Part shown: positions 20,578-30,099 of the stretch, piece after piece
Position numbering within the stretch: the stretch's first letter is position 1
Layout of the letters: each line of letters starts with the position of its first letter
DNA from: an uncultured delta proteobacterium
GTDB lineage: Bacteria; Desulfobacterota; Syntrophorhabdia; Syntrophorhabdales; WCHB1-27
Direction: 5' to 3'
DNA length: 64,000 nt
Assembly (NCBI GenBank): GCA_963810935.1
Contig: CAWEPK010000008.1
Location: 160,001 to 224,000, forward strand
Notes under the pieces: model-generated
The model's database searches: none
What the model saw: only the letters and a program-made list of their open reading frames with translations
Told to the model about the DNA's origin: nothing
Program-made: the position numbers and the translations under genes

Positions 20578-21258
20578 CTATCCGATTATGTGAAGTTTTT
20601 TCTTCTGTGCCCGCGCCCTGAGGAGTATCGTGGTGGCCCCCGGCCCGCCGGCCCTCATGCCCGAGCTTGCGAAGGCGACCACCCATTTGCGGTGAATGGC
20701 CCGGACGAGCCACTCTTTAAGCTTTTCTTTAAGAACCGGGCCGCGCCGCGACTTCAGCCCCCTGCCGTGAATGACTGTGACACACCGGAGCCCCGACTGC
20801 ACGGCCCCCTCGAGGAAGCTGTGAAACTCCTCGGACGCATCGGCCGAGTTGAAGCCGTGAAGGTCGAGAGTCTTCTGTACGGAGAAGGCGCCGCCGCGCA
20901 GCTTCTCCAAAACCAGCGGGCTAGTGCCTTCCATATAGCCCTCCATGTACTCGGGCAGGTTGACCACATTGAGAGGAAACGCCTCGCTGAGGACCTCATC
21001 CATGGTCGGTCCCCCGGCAGGGCGTGCCGGCGCATCATCCTTTTTCGGGCGCGCCACCCTCTTCTGCCTGGGCTCTACCTTCTTGACACCCTTCATTGCC
21101 TCGACGAAAGCAACCCCGTCGTCAGGCAGCTCGGGCGGTGGCGGCGCCGGATCGGATGCAGGAGGAACCACTTCCGCTTCCTGAACCTGCGGCCGCTCCT
21201 TCTTCATGAAGTTGGCAAGGTCATTAAAGACGTGATATATCGACTCCTTATCCTTCAT
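20578..21258 (-). CDS. Smr/MutS2 C-terminal-domain endonuclease
   Basis: LDLHG, VIHGRGLKS, GGPGAT motifs. Confidence 0.9.
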   Translation of the reverse strand: MKDKESIYHVFNDLANFMKKERPQVQEAEVVPPASDPAPPPPELPDDGVAFVEAMKGVKKVEPRQKRVARPKKDDAPARPAGGPTMDEVLSEAFPLNVVNLPEYMEGYMEGTSPLVLEKLRGGAFSVQKTLDLHGFNSADASEEFHSFLEGAVQSGLRCVTVIHGRGLKSRRGPVLKEKLKEWLVRAIHRKWVVAFASSGMRAGGPGATTILLRARAQKKKLHIIG

Positions 21259-21380
21259 ACCGGGTGCTAATAATAAAACCCAACAAGCCGCCCCAGTTCA
21301 AGGGGGGGGTGGGCCGGGGCCGCCCTTGCCGGACCGGCACGCAAATTCGGGCGAGACGGGCGCGAAATGCGCCATCCTTC

Positions 21381-21409
21381 TTGACAAAAGATCGTATTAG
21401 GGCCATAAT
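21381..21409 (+). promoter_or_regulatory. sigma70-type promoter
   Basis: TTGACA-17 bp-CATAAT upstream of the small ORF at 21505. Confidence 0.6.
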
Positions 21410-21504
21410 CCAGGTATTCCGGAAGCGCGTGGCGCCCTGCCGCCTTCCCGGAACTTTGGGGGACCGGCAGTTATCCGGCGGGGCTTAAAAAGGGAGGAGA
21501 ATGC

Positions 21505-21708
21505 ATGGCAAAACGAAGCCAACACAGCTTCTTAAAACGCCAGAAAGAAATGAAACGTAAAGACAAGGCCGCAGAGAAAATGGCACTCAGGCACGGAAAG
21601 GTCGTGCGTGGCAAGGGCGGCGGCGGGGAAGAACAGCAGGAACAGGAAGGGCAGCAGGCGCAGGAGGGACAGCCCGAAGCCGCAAAGGAGGAGCACGCGG
21701 ACGCCTGA
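21505..21708 (+). CDS. Small hypothetical protein, basic N-half and acidic/Gln-rich C-half (67 aa)
   Basis: Strong SD (GGGAGGAG), own promoter, sits in an otherwise empty gap. Confidence 0.7.
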   Translation: MAKRSQHSFLKRQKEMKRKDKAAEKMALRHGKVVRGKGGGGEEQQEQEGQQAQEGQPEAAKEEHADA

Positions 21709-21720
21709 GATGTTCGTCCG

Positions 21721-23025
21721 TCAGGCCTTGGCCCGGCCTGCCGCTTTTTCTATCTTTATCTTCGTGATCCTTCTTCCACTGATACCGACCACCGTCAGAT
21801 TGTAGCTTCCGACACGGACTATCTCACCTCCCCTGGCGATACCCTGGATGTTCGACAGGATAAAACCCCCGATCGTCTCGTAGTCGGGAGATTCGGGAAG
21901 GTCCAGGTTCAGCGCATTGTTGAGGTCCCGGACGGAGTATGAGCCGTCTACCGTAGTCGACCCATCCTTGTTTCTTTCGAGCCGTATCTCCTCATCCGTC
22001 TCATCCATGATCTCTCCGAAAACCTCTTCCATGATATCTTCGAGGGTCACGATTCCGACTGTAGTCCCGTATTCGTCCACAACGATTGCGAGCTGCACGT
22101 GCCGTTTTTGCATGTCCTTGAAAAGCGTGCTGATTTTGATTGTATCGGGGACGAAATAAGGCTTTTTCAGTATCTTTTCCAGCTCGAGGGGCTTACCGAC
22201 CCATAGCGTTCTCATGACGTCCTTCTGGTGGACGATGCCCAGTATCCTGTCGATGTGGTCCCGGTAGACCGGGTACCTGGAAAATTGGTTCTCGACTATG
22301 TACCGCACGTTCTCGTCCTGCGTCTTCTCGATATCGACGGCATAGACGTTCGGACGCGGCACCATGATCTCTTTTGCCGAGCGGTCCGCAAACTCGAAGA
22401 CGCTGTGGATCATCTCCTCTTCGGTCCGGTCGAAAACCCCCTGGAGCCTGCCTTCCTCCAGCAGCACCTTGATCTCTTCCTCGCCGATTACCTCGTCAAT
22501 CTTCTTGAGGCCCAAAAGCCGCGTGAGCGCTCCCGCCGACACATTGAGTACCCATACAGGGCCTGCAAGGATTTTCGATAATAGCTCGAACAGAGGCAGG
22601 ATGCGCATCGCGGCCCGCTCCCGGTAATTGATGCCTATATATTTCGGCAGCAACTCTCCGGCCACGATGGTAACGTAGGTAAGCGGTATGACAACGACGA
22701 GAAGGGGGACTGTCTCCGATGCCTCTGCGAGGTAAGGAATGCCCGTGACAACGGGACGTACGTACGTCACCGCGATAATGCCGCCGATCCCGGCCGCCAG
22801 CGTGCCGACAAGGGTGATCCCGATCTGGACGAGCGAAAGGAAGTTCTCCGGCTTTTCACGCATCCGGAGGAGGGTTTCCGCCTTCTTCTCTTTGCCCTCC
22901 TTGACCATTTCCTTGATCTTGCTCTTTCTGGCGGAGATTATGGCGAATTCGCCGAGGGAGAAGAGCCCGTTCAGCACTATAAGTGCGATGATGATCGATA
23001 TCGACCAGAATAGATTACCAAGCAA
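21721..23025 (-). CDS. Hemolysin-family CNNM/CBS/CorC Mg2+/Co2+ transporter
   Basis: LNGLFSLGEFAIIS, VQIGITL, GELLPK, FSRYPV, VVDEYG, TLEDIMEEVFGEI. Confidence 0.92.
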   Translation of the reverse strand: MLGNLFWSISIIIALIVLNGLFSLGEFAIISARKSKIKEMVKEGKEKKAETLLRMREKPENFLSLVQIGITLVGTLAAGIGGIIAVTYVRPVVTGIPYLAEASETVPLLVVVIPLTYVTIVAGELLPKYIGINYRERAAMRILPLFELLSKILAGPVWVLNVSAGALTRLLGLKKIDEVIGEEEIKVLLEEGRLQGVFDRTEEEMIHSVFEFADRSAKEIMVPRPNVYAVDIEKTQDENVRYIVENQFSRYPVYRDHIDRILGIVHQKDVMRTLWVGKPLELEKILKKPYFVPDTIKISTLFKDMQKRHVQLAIVVDEYGTTVGIVTLEDIMEEVFGEIMDETDEEIRLERNKDGSTTVDGSYSVRDLNNALNLDLPESPDYETIGGFILSNIQGIARGGEIVRVGSYNLTVVGISGRRITKIKIEKAAGRAKA

Positions 23026-23183
23026 GAGACTTTTAGCTCCGTAAATATTTTAACATTTTTTTCGGGCCCGTGCAGGGATACCAGCAGTGAAGAGCGTATG
23101 GTAACGTGGAGATATCACTCGCAACAGGGAGGTAAGTAATGAATAGAGTAAAGACCTTCATGGGCCGGGAGATTTTGGTGGAA

Positions 23184-23263
23184 TTCGCGTTGCTTTTCGA
23201 AGGCGCGCGGCGCAGCGTACGTAGTCGGTACGTGAGCACGCCGCGCCGAGGAAACGGCGCGAA
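23184..23263. repeat. Nested palindromic element (REP/MITE-like)
   Basis: Nested inverted repeats TTCGCG/CGCGAA, GCGCGGCG/CGCCGCGC and CGTAC/GTACG form one ~80-nt hairpin. Single copy in this window. Confidence 0.5.
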
Positions 23264-23287
23264 GGCCGCCAAAAGGTCCCGGCCCCA

Positions 23288-26200
23288 CTACTTTCTGGAG
23301 TATTCGGTTACCTGGTGCATAAACGCTTCAAGCCGGGTCGTAATATTCGATTCGCCCTGGCCGTCGTAGGCCACGTTAATGACCGGCACGTCGTACTTAT
23401 TCTGGATCAGCTTCAGGATCGCGCTGGAGACCGTCCCCGGCATACAGGTGAAGGGCATCGCGTTGATCAGGCCGCTGGCCCCCCTGGCGATGAACTCAAT
23501 GCTCTTGCCGATGCTCAGTATGGCCTCTCCTTCGAAGCTCTCGTCTATATATGGCATCGCCTGATTCAGGACGTGCGCAATCTTCGGCTCCCTGCCCTGT
23601 CTCAGGTAGCGCTCGAATATCCTCTCCATCCGGTGCTCGTCTTTCTTCTGGATGTATTCGGCCAGCGCAATGTGGACGAAATTCGACAGGCCCCTGCGGT
23701 GCTGGCTCTTCTTCTTGCCCATGTAATTGACGTATGTGATCCATTCGGAGATGGGCGCAAGCCACGTCTCGCCTCCGAATTCTTCGACCTTCCGGACGAG
23801 GTCGTTGTTGCTGAACCTGTTAGAGCGTATGTAGATCTCGCCGACGATCCCCACGACCGGCTTCTCCGCGCCTGTCTTTCCGACGGCGAGGAAGGCATCC
23901 GCCGCATCCTCCAGCGCCCCGTACACCGCGTCCCCGCCCGCCTCTATGGCCTGTTCGACGCCGCGCAGCGCACCCGCGTAGACACGATCGGTCTCCCCCT
24001 TTAGCGACTCGTAAGGACGCGTCTGGTGCATCATCTTGACGAGGAAATCCGTAGCGAGTATGGCCCTCCAGCCGAGCCGCGAGAACCTGCCGCCCATGAT
24101 GTCCAGCTCCTGGTAGAGCCGGTCGTCCTGGTTTGGCGAATAGATGGGCACATTATCGAAGCCGTGCTCGGAGAGCACCATCCGATGGAACCGGTGATAC
24201 TGGCCGAAGCGGCACGGGCCGCTGCCGGACGGCATGAAAAAGGCGCTCCTGTCCGGGTCGAAATCGGGCCTCTTGCTTGTTTTGAGCATGTCGCCCGTCG
24301 TGAGGATACACGGGAAGCACTCCTTACCGAGCGTAAACTTGCGGCCGATCCGCACGGTCTCTTCGTCGGACTCGCCCATCACCTCGGCATCGACTCCGCA
24401 GGCCCGGAACGCCCCGGCGAAGGGAATGGAATGGTCCGACATGAAAGGGATGTATATCTTCCGGCGGCCGTCCCCCTTGAATGAAGAGACGGAATGCTTC
24501 TCCGGCTTGAGGTCGACCCTCGCGTTCTTGATGCTGTCGAGGAACGCCTCGAGGCGCGTGATTATGCCCGCGTCGCCGCTGTGCTCGTCGATTTCCAGTT
24601 GAAGGAATGGCTTGCCCTCCATGACCTTCTTGAAGAAATGGGTGATGAAGGAGTCGGGTCCGCACCCGAAGTTGGTGATATATATCGCGTAAAGGTTGGG
24701 GTTCGACCTGATGATCTTGGCTGCCCTCAGGATCTTCTGTCCGTAACCCCAGTACATGTCCTTCAGGTCTTCGTCCTCCTCCACCACGTCTAGGGGAAGC
24801 ATGTCGATGGGGATGGAGGCTACGCCCAGGTCGGAAAGCTTCTTGTGCACGTTCAGGCTGGCGCCCGGGTCCATGCTGTTGTACGGCCTGCCGACGAGTA
24901 CCATCACCTTCTCGCCCGGCTTTAAGGAAGCGAGAAAATCGGACCCCTCGTCGAGGCATGTCCGGTAAAAACGGTCCTGCACTTCGTTGGCCACCGAAAA
25001 CGCAGCCTCGACTGCCTTTTTCGATTTCCCCAGGGTCTTCCCGAACACGGTCAGGTTGTCTAAGGCCACCTTCGGCCCCCTGCCGAAATAGACGACGGGG
25101 GAGTGCACCTTTACGCCAACGCTTTCAAAATCGATGGAGGCCCTGGAAGTGTACGGCAGGGACTGCGCGTAGGGGCACGCAAAACTGTTCAGCACCCCTT
25201 CCGACTGTTTCCTGAGGCTTATGATGCTCGGCATGAAGAGCCGCTTGATCCCCTTGTCCATCATGTTGAGTATATGGCCGTGCGCGAGCTTGATAGGGAA
25301 ACACGATTCGACGATGATGTTCTCGACGCCTTCTTTGATAATCTTCGTGTTCGTCGAATCCGAGAGAACAACCGAAAAACCTAGTTCCGTCAAAAAGCTG
25401 CGCCAGAAGGGAAGCAGCTCGTGCATATTGAGTATCTTGGGTATGCCGATGACTTCCCCGTCGACCGTCCCCTTGTACGTGTCGTGGAGCAGGTCTCCCC
25501 TGAGCTTGAAGAGGTCCTTCCCCGTGGCAAGCTTTGTCCGCCTCACCACGTCGTACTTCTCGCACCTGCTGCCGTAATAAAGCGGCGTCTCGCCCTCGCA
25601 CGTTACTTTTCTGATCTCGCAAAGGTTCTCGCATCCTTTGCACTCGAAGGTGTCGATGTCGTACCGCCTCTTGCTCAGGTCGAACCCCTTGAAGCCGCTT
25701 TTCTCCCAGGTCTTTTCCTTCATGGCGAGTATCGCCGCGCCTATGGCGCCGGTCACGTCATGGTGGGAGGGCACGGTGATGGGCTTGCCGCACACCTTCT
25801 CGAAGGCAGCAACTACGCCCTTGTTGAAAGCGGTACCTCCCTGGAAGAATATCTTTTTGCCGACGCGCCTGTCGCCTACGACCTTGTTGAGATAATTGAG
25901 CACTATCGAATAGCAAAGGCCGGCAACGATATCGTCCGTCTTCGACCCCGATTGCTGGTGGTGCATAACGTCCGACTCGATAAAGACGGTGCACCTCTCG
26001 CCCATCTTCGTCGGGCCCCTGGACTGGAAGGCAAGCGCGGAGAACTCGTCCTTTATCGAGATACCCAGCCTCTCCGCCTGCTCTTCAAGGAACGAGCCGG
26101 TGCCTGCCGCGCATGCCTTGTTCATCTCGAAATCGACGATCACGCCGTTGTCGATGCTGATATATTTGGAGTCCTGCCCGCCGATCTCAAAAATCGTATC

Positions 26201-27427
26201 GACCTCCGGGTCGATGGAAATGGCCGCCTCCGCCTGGGCGGTTATCTCATTCCGGACAAGGTCGGCGCCTATGAAGTCCGCAGTCAGGTAGCGGCCGGAC
26301 CCTGTAGTGGCCACGCCCACTATCTCGACGAGGTCCCCGATTTCGGGACCTATCTCAGCAAGGCCGCGCTTGACGGCCTCCAGAGGGCGCCCCTCCGTCA
26401 TGAGGTATCTTTTCGCCATTACGTTCTTCTCCTCGTCAATGAGGACGAGGTTCGTGCTGATAGAGCCGACGTCCACGCCGAGATAGGCGCGCACCTTCTT
26501 TTCAGGTCGCGTTACTTTATAGGCGACGTGCAGGTTCGCCTCCGATATGGCAAGCGGCTCGTGCGCCTCGGCCTCTTCCTGCCTGGCAAGGTACTCCTTC
26601 ACCTTCCCAATGCCCAGGAACTGCACTTTCAACTGCGGGTCGTCCAGGACGGCGAAAACGGCGCCGAGGGCGCCCATGGAGGCAAAACGGTCGGGCACGA
26701 TCAACTCGCCCTCGATGGAGAAGACCTCCTCTATCGCCCGCCTCATGCCTGCGTTCGCCGCGACCCCGCCTATGAACGCCAGGGGCTTCTTTATCTCCTT
26801 GCCTTTCGCTATGTTGCTTTTAAAGTTGCGGGCCAGTGCGAAGCAGAGCCCGGCGACCAGCTCGTAATCGGGTGTAGCTATCTGCTGCAGGTGGATCATG
26901 TCGGACTTGGCGAAAACCGTGCACCGCCCTGCGATCCTGGGCGGCTTCTCCGACTTCAGGGCGGCCTGCGCGAACTCCTCTATGGTGAAGCCGAGGCGGG
27001 TCGCCTGCTGGTCCAGGAAGGAGCCCGTGCCGGCCGCGCAAAGGGTGTTCATCGAAAAGTCCTTCACGCGCAGCCGTTTGCGCTGCCCGTCCATCTCGAA
27101 TATGATGAACTTGGAGTCTTCCCCGCCGATGTCTATGGCGCTTCCTACATGCGGGAAAAGGTGATGAAAAGCCTTAGTTAGGGCGATAATCTCGTTAGTA
27201 AAAGACGCGCCGACGAGCGAAGCGAACACCTTGCCGCCGGTCCCCGTGACTGCGGCGAACTCGATGGCGTTATCATACTTGGCCTGAATCTCTTCAAGAA
27301 CCGCCGCCGCCGTATTGACGGGCTTTCCTCTGTGGCGCAGATACCGGTCTTCGATGATGTTGCCGCTTTCGTCAAGCACGACCAGATTCACGCTAACAGA
27401 CCCTATGTCAACTCCTACCCTGAACAT
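23288..27427 (-). CDS. Acyl-CoA dehydratase activase fusion (two BcrAD/BadFG ATPase domains plus DUF2229), 1379 aa
   Basis: GVDIGSVS/GVDVGSIS, DIGGEDSK/EIGGQDSK, CAAGTGSFL twice, RCTVF twice, NFGCGPD, GPCRFGQY, PFTCMP. Confidence 0.9.
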   Translation of the reverse strand: MFRVGVDIGSVSVNLVVLDESGNIIEDRYLRHRGKPVNTAAAVLEEIQAKYDNAIEFAAVTGTGGKVFASLVGASFTNEIIALTKAFHHLFPHVGSAIDIGGEDSKFIIFEMDGQRKRLRVKDFSMNTLCAAGTGSFLDQQATRLGFTIEEFAQAALKSEKPPRIAGRCTVFAKSDMIHLQQIATPDYELVAGLCFALARNFKSNIAKGKEIKKPLAFIGGVAANAGMRRAIEEVFSIEGELIVPDRFASMGALGAVFAVLDDPQLKVQFLGIGKVKEYLARQEEAEAHEPLAISEANLHVAYKVTRPEKKVRAYLGVDVGSISTNLVLIDEEKNVMAKRYLMTEGRPLEAVKRGLAEIGPEIGDLVEIVGVATTGSGRYLTADFIGADLVRNEITAQAEAAISIDPEVDTIFEIGGQDSKYISIDNGVIVDFEMNKACAAGTGSFLEEQAERLGISIKDEFSALAFQSRGPTKMGERCTVFIESDVMHHQQSGSKTDDIVAGLCYSIVLNYLNKVVGDRRVGKKIFFQGGTAFNKGVVAAFEKVCGKPITVPSHHDVTGAIGAAILAMKEKTWEKSGFKGFDLSKRRYDIDTFECKGCENLCEIRKVTCEGETPLYYGSRCEKYDVVRRTKLATGKDLFKLRGDLLHDTYKGTVDGEVIGIPKILNMHELLPFWRSFLTELGFSVVLSDSTNTKIIKEGVENIIVESCFPIKLAHGHILNMMDKGIKRLFMPSIISLRKQSEGVLNSFACPYAQSLPYTSRASIDFESVGVKVHSPVVYFGRGPKVALDNLTVFGKTLGKSKKAVEAAFSVANEVQDRFYRTCLDEGSDFLASLKPGEKVMVLVGRPYNSMDPGASLNVHKKLSDLGVASIPIDMLPLDVVEEDEDLKDMYWGYGQKILRAAKIIRSNPNLYAIYITNFGCGPDSFITHFFKKVMEGKPFLQLEIDEHSGDAGIITRLEAFLDSIKNARVDLKPEKHSVSSFKGDGRRKIYIPFMSDHSIPFAGAFRACGVDAEVMGESDEETVRIGRKFTLGKECFPCILTTGDMLKTSKRPDFDPDRSAFFMPSGSGPCRFGQYHRFHRMVLSEHGFDNVPIYSPNQDDRLYQELDIMGGRFSRLGWRAILATDFLVKMMHQTRPYESLKGETDRVYAGALRGVEQAIEAGGDAVYGALEDAADAFLAVGKTGAEKPVVGIVGEIYIRSNRFSNNDLVRKVEEFGGETWLAPISEWITYVNYMGKKKSQHRRGLSNFVHIALAEYIQKKDEHRMERIFERYLRQGREPKIAHVLNQAMPYIDESFEGEAILSIGKSIEFIARGASGLINAMPFTCMPGTVSSAILKLIQNKYDVPVINVAYDGQGESNITTRLEAFMHQVTEYSRK

Positions 27428-27516
27428 CCCTGCCTCCGCCCGAATTGAGTTGATTTTGAGAGACTGCCGTGCTACCTAATTATAATACAAAAGCGCGCCT
27501 TTCAAAAGAAAAACTG

Positions 27517-27792
27517 ATGATACGAAGAGCCAAAGTCAGAGTAACAGGGGGGGTCCAGGGCGTCTTCTTCCGGCGGTATACGAAGCTGAAAGCGGACGAG
27601 CTGCGCCTTGCGGGCACCGTACGCAACCTGCCGGACGGGTCGGTAGAGGTTGTATGCGAGGGCGACGAGGCGCAAGTCGAGCAACTGATCGCCTGGTGCC
27701 GGCGCGGCCCGGACAGCGCCCACGTGACCGGAGTAGACGTGCAATGGCAAGAGCCGACGGGTAAGTTTCGCCAGTTCACCATAGCGTATTAA
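27517..27792 (+). CDS. acyP: Acylphosphatase
   Basis: VTGGVQGVFFR, GTVRNLPDGSVEV, WCRRGP. Confidence 0.92.
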   Translation: MIRRAKVRVTGGVQGVFFRRYTKLKADELRLAGTVRNLPDGSVEVVCEGDEAQVEQLIAWCRRGPDSAHVTGVDVQWQEPTGKFRQFTIAY

Positions 27793-27806
27793 ACAGCACT
27801 ACTTCA

Positions 27807-28394
27807 TTACTTTATGGCCATTGCGCCTTGCAGGCCCGTACGTATAAACATAATAGCTATACTTGCCAACAGGAGGACAAACACCCTCGCCATTGCCTCT
27901 ATCCACCTCCTGCTGATGAAGCGGAGTATCTTCAGCGAATACTTGAAAAGTATCGCCGCGATCAGCATGTTCAGCAGGACGGAGACAATTACGTAGATGA
28001 AGCCGAAGGTGTTGTACACGATGAGCGAGGTGGTCAGCAGGGCCGGGCCGGCGAGAAGGGGCACGCCCAGCGGCACTACCGCAAAAAGGTCCTCCTGGCC
28101 CGCCATGTCTTCCGTCTTGCCGCCCAGCAGGTCTTTCGTGGAGATGATGAAGAGGATGACGCCGCCCGCGATCTGAAAGTCGTGGATCGATATGTTGAGG
28201 TAGTGGAGTATCCCGTTGCCGATGACTATAAAGGCCAGGGTGATGAGAAACGCCGTTATGATGGAATCGCGGAGGACGTGGGCCTTCTGCCTATCGGTGA
28301 GGTCCGCCGAAAAACGCGCATAGAGCGGCAGGACGCCCAGCGCGTCAAGGGCAAAGAATAGAGGGATAAACGATTTCAGAAAATCTTCCCACAC
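27807..28394 (-). CDS. MarC family membrane protein
   Basis: LFFALDALG, FQIAGGVILF, VVPLGVPLLAGP. GTG start after an AGGGAG SD. Confidence 0.88.
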   Translation of the reverse strand: MWEDFLKSFIPLFFALDALGVLPLYARFSADLTDRQKAHVLRDSIITAFLITLAFIVIGNGILHYLNISIHDFQIAGGVILFIISTKDLLGGKTEDMAGQEDLFAVVPLGVPLLAGPALLTTSLIVYNTFGFIYVIVSVLLNMLIAAILFKYSLKILRFISRRWIEAMARVFVLLLASIAIMFIRTGLQGAMAIK

Positions 28395-28467
28395 GGTGTT
28401 TGACTCCCTGATGTTTATACCTACATTAAAATATATCGCCTCCATACCGAATTCCAAAGGAGGGCCT

Positions 28468-28635
28468 ATGCCTGTCTATGATTTTAAATGCCGTGGATGC
28501 AGCAAGGAATTCACGGTAACGGCCCCTGTAAGCCGAATCGAGAAGGGCAAAGCTGTTAAATGTCCCGAATGCGGCCGGAAAAACGCGGAACAGCTCCTCA
28601 CCGTTTTCGCGCCCAGGACCTCAAGAAAGAGCCGA
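28468..28635 (+). CDS. FmdB-family zinc-ribbon protein (expected stop reads CGA)
   Basis: AAGGAGG SD; MPVYDFKCRGC...KCPECG...TSRKS. The ORF reads through at 28633. Confidence 0.75.
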
Positions 28636-28827
28636 GGGTCCCTTCTCTCTTATCACTACCTTGTTCTCGGAAAGCGAGACAGAAACTATTTCCGCCTCGT
28701 AGACCTTTTGCTCGCCGAAGATCGTTTCGAACCGCAGCCCGTCCTGCTCCTCCTCGATAAGGTAGACGTCCTTGAGGAGCAGCGTCTCATCTCCGTTTGT
28801 CTTCTTAAATACCTTTACTTCACACAT
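28621..28827 (-). CDS. CooT-family nickel-binding protein
   Basis: MCE start, IFGEQK motif, 68 aa. Confidence 0.8.
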   Translation of the reverse strand: MCEVKVFKKTNGDETLLLKDVYLIEEEQDGLRFETIFGEQKVYEAEIVSVSLSENKVVIREKGPSALS

Positions 28828-29237
28828 CTTTCCGTCTCCTTCTCCACCAGGTCAACCAGCAGGCCGACCAACTGGGGTATCGACATCTCATTCCTGCCTA
28901 CCACAGTCACGTTTTCCTGCGTGACCGGAAGCACGAACTTCGAGGCGCCCGATTCCGCTATCGCCCTGGCTACAAGGGGCGTCAACTCCCCGAGCATGGA
29001 GTTGGCCATGAGTATGTTCATGGTCCCTATAATAATATCCGCCTTCCTGACGGTCGAGACAATCGCATTCTCGCCGGAGGCGCCCCGGTTTGCCCTCGCC
29101 TTCATCATGTTCTGTGTGGCCGCGGAGTTCGTACCCAGGGCGATGATCTCTATATTCTCCTTGAGCCTTTCCTTCAGCCTGGAGATGATGATGCTCCCTA
29201 TTTTGCCGCCCTGACCGTCAACCACGCATATAGTCAT
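28815..29237 (-). CDS. DUF3842 family protein
   Basis: VVDGQGGKIG, ALGTNSAAT, ASGENA, ANSMLGELTP. Confidence 0.85.
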   Translation of the reverse strand: MTICVVDGQGGKIGSIIISRLKERLKENIEIIALGTNSAATQNMMKARANRGASGENAIVSTVRKADIIIGTMNILMANSMLGELTPLVARAIAESGASKFVLPVTQENVTVVGRNEMSIPQLVGLLVDLVEKETERCVK

Positions 29238-29361
29238 TGCCCGCTGCGCTTTGCTTTATTGCCGCTGATACTCAGCGGTAATATTATAGTAATCGATTGC
29301 GCGGCCATTTGTAAACGCCTATTCGATTATCGCGGACGATGGGCATGGCGGAAAGGGGGTT

Positions 29362-30015
29362 TCAGGCTCCGGGTAAGCGCCTTTTTCCGTCTGCGAGGGG
29401 GCAGCCGGCGCATTCCGGCTTCTTTTTGCAATGGCGCTGGCCCAGGCAAACGATCAGGGCGTGGTACTCGTTGAAAAGGTGCACGTCTTCCGGGAGGTTT
29501 TTTATGAAAAATCTTTGCACGTCGTCGTAATCTTTGCCTTTGTACAACCCGTGGGCCGCCAGAAAGCGCACCGCATACGCATCGACGACGAAAACCGGGC
29601 GGTCGAACGCGTAAAGCAGTATGCTGTCAGCCGTTTCCGGGCCTATGCCGTTTACCGCGAGCAGCCGCTCTCGCAAAACCGCAGTCGCCTCGTTCCGCGT
29701 GTTTTCGATATAACCGCCGTAGCGCGCGTGGAAATCGGTGATGAGGGCTTTCAGGCGCTTCGATTTAAGCCTGTAGAACCCTGCCGGGCGTATGACCTCC
29801 GCAAGCTCCTCCTCGCCGATGGCGTGAAGGGCGTCCATCTCCATAAGCCCCCTGCCCTTCATGTTGGCAACGGCCTTCTCGACATTCCGCCAGGCCGTGT
29901 TCTGTGTGAGGACGGCGCCGACCATGACTTCCAGTCCCGAATCACCCGGCCACCAGTGGCGGGGACCGAAGGCACCCAGGAGCCGCCCATAGATATCGAG
30001 CAGGTTTTTACGCAT
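29362..30015 (-). CDS. Endonuclease III-like HhH-GPD DNA glycosylase
   Basis: GAVLTQNTAW, GIGPETADSILLYA, VVDAY, C-x6-C-x2-C Fe-S motif. Confidence 0.9.
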   Translation of the reverse strand: MRKNLLDIYGRLLGAFGPRHWWPGDSGLEVMVGAVLTQNTAWRNVEKAVANMKGRGLMEMDALHAIGEEELAEVIRPAGFYRLKSKRLKALITDFHARYGGYIENTRNEATAVLRERLLAVNGIGPETADSILLYAFDRPVFVVDAYAVRFLAAHGLYKGKDYDDVQRFFIKNLPEDVHLFNEYHALIVCLGQRHCKKKPECAGCPLADGKRRLPGA

Positions 30016-30099
30016 CGGAATAGGCTACCACAGGCGCTGCCCGTTGGAAACCGGCGGCGGGGCGCTTGCCGACCTGCCGGCCCGTTGCCATAATACTTT

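Noticed and set aside
25421..27181. 586-aa plus-strand ORF and many other long antisense or alternative-frame ORFs (e.g. 3371..4351, 12218..13090, 55722..56834)
   Set aside because: Shadows of well-supported genes in GC-rich DNA; no motifs or SDs.
28396..29214. 272-aa ORF containing the FmdB domain
   Set aside because: The extension past 28635 is antisense to cooT and DUF3842 and is best explained by a lost or miscalled stop.
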